64,000 nucleotides of DNA, from the NCBI GenBank assembly GCA_951406725.2, contig OX597833.1, forward strand, positions 22,692,001 to 22,756,000, written 5' to 3'. Shown piece by piece: positions 55,985 to 64,000 of this stretch (its first letter is position 1; the number at the start of each line of letters is the position of its first letter). Both the position numbers and the translations under genes were made by a program. The notes under the pieces are model-generated. The model was not told where the DNA came from, did not search any database, and saw only the letters and a program-made list of their open reading frames with translations. Origin of the DNA: Octopus vulgaris. Its lineage: Eukaryota.

Positions 55985-56635
55985 AGCTAGCCGGAGAATG
56001 TGGTCAGCCAGGCGGAATCAGCGCTCTACTTCAATCTCTTGCAGTGGTCGTATTTTACTCAGAATCTTCCCAGTTGTGACACGATCTCGTTAGTTGACTC
56101 TCAGGCCCTTTTTGAGGTACCTTTGAGAGAATACTTTTACTATTCTATCCATGTTCACTGTTCTCTTCCAAGCCTTCCTGGCACAGATTGCAGTAGTCAG
56201 AACAATGGAGTTACATGGAGTTACAAATATTATTACACGCCGAGAATTGGTCGTTACAGAGTTAGGTGGACAGCCATGTAGTATTCGTTTCAGTTCCTAT
56301 GTTCTAAATTCAAATTCCATCATGGTCATCTTTGAATTTAATCCTTGTGGGGTTGATAAATAAATAGCAATCCAATACTGGCATAGATTCTGCAAAGTTG
56401 ATGGATGGGAAAAATTATTAATGCGCCGGACAAAAAACCTCTCAGCAGTTCTCTCGGCTCTTTATGTTTTGAGTTTCAATGCCGCTGAAATCAATTTTGT
56501 TTTCAGTTCACTGTGTTTGATAAATAACCTACCAATCAAATACTAGGATATATTTAATTAACTAACCCCTCTCCTCATCGAAAAAAGTGATGGCCTTGTA
56601 CTTCAATTGTTATTTTCTTTTTCTTTTCCTTACAG

Positions 56636-56906
56636 TCTGAGACGGTTTCTCCGTCGCAACTGAAACTGCGCTCAAGTGTCAGTCAGGCACCAGAAGATAT
56701 CTATGAATCTCGTCTCATTCTTAATGCCCCAGACGGTGGATGGGGTTGGATGGTGTGTTTGGGTGCCTTCACGATCAACTTCATAGTCGGTGGAACTATT
56801 ATGTCATTTGGCTTGATATTAATCTCTTTACTGAACTATTTTGGGGACAGCCGCTCCAAAACGTCGTGGGTTGGTTCAGTTACCGACGGTATGTCGCTTT
56901 TGTCAG
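56636..56906 (+). CDS. monocarboxylate transporter (SLC16/MCT family, MFS), internal coding exon
   Basis: Polypyrimidine tract + TACAG acceptor, GTAAGT donor; open frame SETVSPSQ..NAPDGGWGWMVCLGAFTINFIVGG..FGDSRSKTSWVGSV..SLLS(G); 271 nt, phase 0 to 1. Confidence 0.93.
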
Positions 56907-59022
56907 GTAAGTTAATGTTTCAGTAATCAACATATCATCTTTAATTAATTAAAAAAGGGACATGACAAGTGGCAAGTCAGTGATCTGCTTGAAATAGCAG
57001 AAAAACTTCTCTCAAATAACACAAGCTCGTCTTTTTCTAAGTGGTAGTGTAGCTATGACCGAGAGGGAAAATAGTAGGGTCATGGCTAGAATGCTTATTA
57101 TGACAAGTCTGTTCAAAATGGATTGCCTTAGGGCTAAACAACAACAATAGCTCGTTATTTTCTAGTCTAGTCTCTGTTCCACTGTCAAATTCCCCCTCTC
57201 TCTCTTTCTCTCTCTCTCTGTCTCTCTCTGTCTGTCAGTCTCTTTCTCTCCCTCTCCCCTCTTTTCAGTGAAAATGGATAGGGAAACATGAAAGTAAAAA
57301 CAATACCAGTAATAATTGGATCATTTTTATGATAAAGAACATGGATATTAATATAAAAACAAACACAAACACACACAAGGGCTCAGAAACCTATGCACTG
57401 TACAAACATAGTTTTGCTAGGAAGGACTCATATCCTGCGCAAGATACTCTCAATTCAAAATCACAACTCACACACTCTATATAATAACACAATGTATACC
57501 TTGAAATGATCAATACCTGATGATATAACACATTTACTATAACGCCGTAATACGTATAACACATCCGATTGATCAACAACAGCAACAACAACAACTCACA
57601 AACAAATGATTGGTGACGGTCTGCTCAAGTATTTTACACAAGTGCTGTCCCACCAAGCGACACATGTCGCCTCTTGTCGTTCCTGCTTTAACTACTCACC
57701 AAACAGTGATAAAAAATTGACTATTAAACATTAATCCATATCGTTTCCAAGGTCTCCCATTGTCACTCTTGTATTTCCCTACCTAAAACACTTGAGTATA
57801 AATATATAAGCGTAGATACATTTAACTATTTCAGTTTTATTTTGGCTGTCTTCGTATTTGAAAGTGCCATAGACGTTACACACTTTCACTTAATTGCTAC
57901 TGGAACTTCCATGTAGAAATTCTTCTAACTTCTTTTTGAAAACACTGATAAAATACTTTTTCTCTGCTCTCCTTTGGATTTGATTCCACATCAAAAGGAC
58001 ACTGTTAGGTTTTATAAAATTCTTCCAATTAAACAAGTTTCTTAAGTAAAATTACTATATATAAATGGCTCAACATGATTATTTTGGTGCAAGTATTGAT
58101 GTTGCTATTATCATTATCTAGACCGCTCAAAATATCTTTATTTTATTAATTGTTCACCAAAATCTTCATTATTTTCTTATTTTTGTTCATTCTGTGGAGC
58201 AATTTACTTTTGTGCGCGCCTTTTTCTTCGAGTGTATAATATTGCTTTGTACAGTAGGTGCGTCTGGTAGACATTTTGAATGTGAAATATCACAATGTTT
58301 TAGAAAATAAAGTCTGTAAAAACAAACCTTTTTTTATCTGCTCTCGGGTAACCAAAATCTCTTTTAGTAAGTACACCAAAGAAAATTTTATTTGGTAATG
58401 ACTGAAATAAAAACAAATAGAGAAAAATATGTCTTCACACTACGAAAGTCAATAAAATAAATAATAATCTCCTGTACAATAAGCACAAGGCCTGGAATTT
58501 TGGTGGTGGTGGGACTAGTCGATTACATCTACCTCAGTGCGCGACTGCTATTTATTTTATCGACTCCAAAATTTGAATTGGGAACATAAAGACAAAAGAA
58601 GAACCTCTCAGAATTTTGTCCGGTATGAAAACCATTCTGTCAGCTCACTGCTTTAATAACAATCCTTTCTACTATAGGCACAAGACTTGAAATTTTTGTG
58701 GAGAGGCTAATTGATTACATTGATTCCCGTAACGATGAAAGGTAAAGTCGACTTCGGCAACATTTGAACTCAAAACATAAAGACGGACGAAATATCCGCT
58801 AAGCATTTTTGCTCGGTGTCCTATCGATTCTGCCAGCTCAGAAGTTCAGGTGAGGGAGTAAGTCGATTACTTCGACCCCAGTCCTCGATTTTATCGACCC
58901 CGAAAAGATGTAAAATAAAGCATTTTGTCCGACATTCTAACGATTCTACTAATAATAATACCATATATAACAACGAAATATTTCTACGGTTATGCTAAAT
59001 ATCATTCATTGTCTTTAAACAG

Positions 59023-59166
59023 GTCCATTGGTCAGTTTTTTACTACAACGGTTCACACACCGAGAAGTCGTAATATTTGGGACTATCCTCTCGGCGTTTG
59101 GTTTTATTATTAGTATATGGATGCCAAATGTAGACTTCCTCATCTTTACTTATGGCTTCATAGCAG
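59023..59166 (+). CDS. monocarboxylate transporter, next coding exon
   Basis: AACAG acceptor, GTAAGC donor; 144 nt in phase with the previous exon: GPLVSFLLQRFTHREVVIFGTILSAFGFIISIWMPNVDFLIFTYGFIAG. Confidence 0.93.
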
Positions 59167-59329
59167 GTAAGCTTAACCATTCCGTTTTTATTTATTATTC
59201 ATTGGAGCTCTTCAATATCACATTATCAGAAAGTGTATGTGTGTGTGTGATTATGTGTGGGTGTGTGTGTGCGTGTGTGAGTGTATGTATGTATGAATAT
59301 ATGTGTATATATATGTACATATAAATACA

Positions 59330-59765
59330 TTGAGTCATCCCATAAATAATGCGGCGTTTTTATACTCCTTTTATTTTTCAAAATTAAGATGAAAGTACTT
59401 CTTTAATCTAAAATATACGCATCTTCATTTTCTACAATGTTCTTCCATCTATCTGGTAGACTTGCAAGGCCCCTCTTCCAAGATTCACTTATCCGTGATG
59501 AAAAATACTCCTCCAGTACTGTTCTAACCACGTCTACAGAATTCATATTGATGAATGGTTGAATGACCAAATCTAAGCTTCTCTGCTAGTTCCTCAACAG
59601 TTACGATGGGATCTTGTTCCACCAGGAATTGTAGGACGTCCTCGCATGCTCTGCAGATCTTCCAGGACAAGGCTCGTCTTCTAGGCAGTAGTTTTCGGTT
59701 CCGAATTTCTGGAACTACCGTTGATATTGGCATACGCTTATTGACCGATCCCCATATACTGCATT
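59330..59765 (-). mobile_element. mariner remnant
   Basis: TIR-like TTGAGTCATCCCATAAATAATGCG; LVEQDPIVTVEELAEKL HTH fragment. Confidence 0.7.
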
Positions 59766-59774
59766 AATATGTCC

Positions 59775-59847
59775 GTGGGCATATGGCGTAGTGGTTACGA
59801 GCGCAGGCTACTAACCTCAAGATTCCGAGTTCGATTCTAGGCAGTGA

Positions 59848-59938
<91 letters not shown>
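59775..59938 (+). mobile_element. short tRNA-derived SINE or pseudo-tRNA with (AAT)n tail
   Basis: A box TGGCGTAGTGG and B box GAGTTCGATTC, no proper acceptor stem, followed by (AAT)n. Confidence 0.7.
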
Positions 59939-59939
<1 letters not shown>

Positions 59940-60064
59940 TGCCCTGATGCATTACCATGCCCTGATGCAGTACCATGCCCTGATGCAGTACCATGCCCTG
60001 ATGTAGTACCATGCCCTGATGCAGTACCTATGCCCTGATGCAGTACCATGCCCTGATGCAGTAA
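59939..60064 (+). repeat. seven tandem copies of the ~18-mer ATGCCCTGATGCAGTACC
   Basis: Units start at 59939, 59957, 59975, 59993, 60011, 60030 and 60048; identical to the 5' end of the adjacent element. Confidence 0.9.
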
Positions 60065-60618
60065 ATGCCCTGATGCAGTACCAGGCAGTGGCTCTCATGG
60101 CTTCTGATCTTAACTGATTGGAAGTGTTATCATGTACATTGTTTTGTCTTGGTATAAAAGATGGGCTACAGCAAATATTCTGCTCAATACCACAGATTTG
60201 CTTGTCAGTTGTTTGACCTTAACCAGTTGAGCATGTCCCTTAGTGGCTGACGATATGTGCATCTCTGGTCACAAGCAGAAGTAGTGGGTGAGCATCAGCC
60301 ATGTGTTGAGAAGGATTCTTTGGGGTTTGAATAATTCACCTCTGGAAACATGGGTGTTTCGTTCAACGTCCTTAAACAACCCTTATTCAGGGACCTTTTG
60401 AGCGGGATGGGTTACTCGATCTGAAGAAAATTCTAACTGGGCTCCACCTGCAAGGTCATGTGCTGTTTATCTTGATATGAGATCACCATGTCGCGCACAT
60501 ATGGTTGTGATGCATGTGCCTGGTGTACCCTTATCAGACGGGTAGTCATGATGGGTATACTGGGCTTCGTATATTTTACCCCAGTGTCACTTTGATGGCA
60601 TGCTCTGCTCGCTCACTC
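60065..60618 (+). mobile_element. ~555-bp (AAT)n-associated element, full-length copy
   Basis: Colinear with 2967-3522. Confidence 0.85.
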
Positions 60619-60650
<32 letters not shown>

Positions 60651-60704
60651 TAATAATAATAATAATAATAATAATAAGAAGAAGAAGAACAACAACAACA
60701 ACAA

Positions 60705-60850
60705 CGAAAAATACCTTAAGAATGAGAATTCAGCTTTGAAATTTCCCCAAGACACCCGATGAAGTCTGGAGGGTGTATCAACCGAAACGTTGTGTTAACA
60801 ACAAACAAGATGAGGACAAATATCCGTCAATTGTAAATAATGTAAATAAT
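60705..60850 (+). mobile_element. PLE-type terminal repeat with decayed hammerhead (60751-60796)
   Basis: gacac CCGATGA..GAAA cg TT gtgtt; same family as 7797-7902. Confidence 0.7.
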
Positions 60851-61237
60851 TTATTAAGAACTGTATTAAAAAAATGTTTAAACATATTATGTATTGCAAA
60901 AATATAACCAATTTATTGCTCATAAATTGTAACAACAACATCTTATTTGGATCACCAATTGAGAACCCTACTCCAGACAGTAATTCTCTCCTCTGTGTTA
61001 ATGGTTTGTCAACTTTGGAGAATTTTTGAATCTTGAGATTACCTCACCTTCTTAAGTGGAACTGGTCTTAATTGACATATGGTAATTATGAGAATATTCT
61101 AGAGGCGGAGATAATTTTGATCATTCAGTAGCTTATGTTGTATGGTATTTAATATACCTGTAGTGGTGTATGTTGGTGAAATACATACCACTAGCTATTC
61201 TAACTTAACTAAATTCTTAGCTAAATTTTATCTAAAG

Positions 61238-61269
<32 letters not shown>

Positions 61270-61318
61270 TGTATGTATGTATAAATGCGTTATGTATATA
61301 TGTATTATGTATGTGTAT

Positions 61319-63097
61319 TAGGGTGGAACAAAAAATGCAGCTTTCGAAATTGGTAACAAAGAATCAATATTTTGTTACGAATTAGGGTTAAAAGAAAGAT
61401 GTTTAAAGAACTTTGCGGTTAAATATTCTGTTCAGACTTCGCAACGCAACTGAAATTTTTTTAAATCGCTATTTTTGGTCGAATTTTGGGCTTCATGGAT
61501 TATAAGTCGTAACGAATACATATTTCTACATAACAGAATGCAAAACAGTAAATATAGTATCATTAAGAGAGGTTGCATACCAAGTTTCAATACAATTGAC
61601 TAATATCTTGAGGTTCTGCATTGACTATAAAGAAAACAGGAGTGTGGCATTCTCTCCAATGCTGCAGCAACGGTCATTGCGTGTGGAGGTACGTCATATG
61701 TGCGTGAAGTTTTCTGCTTTGTACCTTGACTTTAGGCTATTGTATTAAAATTAATGATCATGTTAAATTTAGTGTTGTTTACATTTAGTGATGACTCATA
61801 AACCAATAACGCGTCATGATACTAAATGCCCAATATTTGGTACTCTATGTGATCTTAGCGAGCGAGTTTTGCCAACTTACAAGGACATACTAAAATGGGT
61901 TTTATTTGAATGAGAAAAAGAAAAGAAGGCAGTTACGAAAGATCTTTCAATTAAACAAATTGTCAAGATTGTAGCAGAAAATATAATTCTTCTTTGGCAA
62001 AAGGCATCCATCCCTTGTGTTATGATTGAGTCAGTTAAACCAAAAATCTTAAACTTTTATCTAAAGTACCAAGTATAACTAAAATCTGCGAAAAATAGAA
62101 AAAAATGTGCCATCGTTTCACAGAAAGTGTAATGTGTTTAAAAACAATGCAATAAAAGATTTATTTGACATTTCCTGTTGCAAGTGCAGCTGTAGTAGAG
62201 ACAAAAACGTACCCCGAAGAGAACAGGATGTTTTACAGGATCAACGGACAAATCGAAAAATGATCATTGGTGGAATAGATCAAGCAGTATCTAAACAGAA
62301 CGTTCAGAGGTTGACTAGAAAGAACCGGCCAGATCACAGTCGCCCTTCTACGTCAGCAAAGGATTCTGAATTGATAGCATTTTCATCAAGCAGTGAATCT
62401 GGAAATGGATCAGCAGGCAAAGATGAAGATTTTCCAATTCTATTTTCCATGAAACGAAAAGATGTCAGCAAAAACGTAAATTCAAAAACACCAATAAAAC
62501 GAATGAAATTTCCAGAACTAGCTTTTGCCTGTGACTGCACAGTTGTGTCAGACCGTGGTGCTGTTCTTCTTAGAAGTTCGGTCATCAGTGACTTGACGGC
62601 ATGTACATCTGGTGAATGTTCTTTCGTTATAGACAAATGGAATGTAAGGCGGGAACGATCCAGAAAACGTAAATCCCTGCAGCACGAAGGTAGGACACAT
62701 AAACCATTGTCCGCCATTGATGGAAAGAGGGACACATCCCTCATAAGTGAACAAATGGGAAAAAAACATTTCGTAATAAAGAAAACAAGGTCGAAAGTCC
62801 ATTTATTTCACATAATTTCCAAATTTTAAGTGCGTTGTGGAGTCTAAAGATATAAATTTTAGAGTTTGAGATTTTAACACTCTTGCTTTTAAAGAATTTC
62901 GCAAAAGAAAATTGATTCGTAACAATGAATGTAAAAAAAGGAACGGCAAACGTGTTACAAATTGATTTTTCGCTCATTATTCAAAATTTCAAGTAAACTG
63001 CGGAGGCTGAAGATGTAAATTTAAGAACTTCAGATTTTAACACAGTTGTTTTAAACGGATTTTGCAATAAAAAATAAACCTTCATCGCTCCACCCAA
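61319..63097 (+). mobile_element. hATm/hATx-type DNA transposon, internally deleted, with transposase N-terminal remnant
   Basis: Termini TAGGGTGGA / TCCACCCAA; exact 8-bp TSD ATGTGTAT (61311-61318, 63098-63105); DLFDISCCKC..VP..EQDVLQDQR..RKMIIGGID in ORF 62107-62829. Confidence 0.85.
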
Positions 63098-63175
63098 ATG
63101 TGTATGTCACTTTAGAAAAATAATATAATATGGATGAATATGTGTGTGTCTATCTATGTCTGTCTGTCTGTCTAC

Positions 63176-63253
<78 letters not shown>

Positions 63254-63371
63254 GTCTATCTATCTAACAATCAATGTATCTGTATTTGTGTGCATCAATG
63301 TATTATCTACATTTGTGCGTGAGCATTGGTGTATGAGTATATGTATGTATATATATTATATATATATTATA

Positions 63372-63475
<104 letters not shown>

Positions 63476-63926
63476 TTACACACACACACACACACATATA
63501 ACTGAGTGTGTGTGTATGAGTGTGTTTGAACACATACAAATATATAGTGTCTATCACAGCAGTGTATGATATAATCGATGAGGGGATGTGTGGGTGGACA
63601 GTAATAAAACTTAAAAGCTCTTTGTTCATCTCCATTTTCTCGAACTCGAATTTCCTGTAAAATTAAAAAGCGCCGCCTGAACATTAGAACATCACCACAC
63701 GCCCTTTCAATCAACGAAACAGTACCACCCATATCCACGACAGACTAACACGCACATATCTTGTGGTGTTTCGTTACGTCCCTGTACTTTCTGAATTGAA
63801 ATCCCGCCCGCCCATGTATGTTTTTACGTTCTATGCTCGATAACATCAGTGCTGAAGAAGGTTCATAACATGGCCACAGTCGATTACTTGAATCCGGTTA
63901 TGTATGTATGGTTTAGTATCTGTCTG

Positions 63927-64000
<74 letters not shown>

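Larger units (their letters stand above)
54900..56240 (-). mobile_element. RTE-like LINE 3' fragment interrupted by a hAT element
   Basis: Minus translation FRLADHILRLA|DLRLSKTVVTWVPSVGKH then GRPK, joined across the insertion. Confidence 0.6.

Noticed and set aside
59775-59852. Possible functional tRNA gene
   Set aside because: A and B boxes are present but the acceptor stem does not pair and an (AAT)n tail follows; treated as a SINE.
59939-60082. Regular short direct repeats resembling a CRISPR array
   Set aside because: Repeats are contiguous with no unique spacers, there are no cas genes, and the context is eukaryotic.
62107-62829. 240-aa ORF as a host or domesticated gene
   Set aside because: It lies inside a TIR/TSD-bounded hATm element, has upstream stops and lacks the catalytic region.

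Overview
AT-rich, microsatellite-saturated metazoan DNA. The SINE set and (AAT)n/(TA)n/(CA)n/(TATG)n load suggest an octopus-type cephalopod; this is an inference. Nearly all listed ORFs are microsatellite or transposon artefacts. The only host gene I can support is a plus-strand monocarboxylate transporter (SLC16/MCT family). It has two in-phase coding exons at 56636-56906 (PDGGWGW motif) and 59023-59166, and the gene continues beyond the window. The rest is a mobile-element landscape: tRNA-derived SINEs, R4/Dong-type REL retrotransposon fragments in (TAA)n, Penelope-like element (PLE) RT and GIY-YIG remnants, CR1 and RTE fragments, mariner/Tc1, Tc2/pogo MITE, hAT-Charlie, hATm, piggyBac and a tandem Helitron. 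Three unannotated patterns stand out. (1) About eleven minimal type-I hammerhead-ribozyme-like motifs come from several unrelated PLE-like terminal repeats, some with shared non-canonical cores. (2) Many short elements sit in (TA)n tracts and carry long fold-back inversions. (3) A ~555-bp non-coding, tRNA-less element occurs four times, always ends in (AAT)n co-oriented with Dong fragments, and is once fused directly to a Dong RT fragment. All coordinates and alignments were read by eye.
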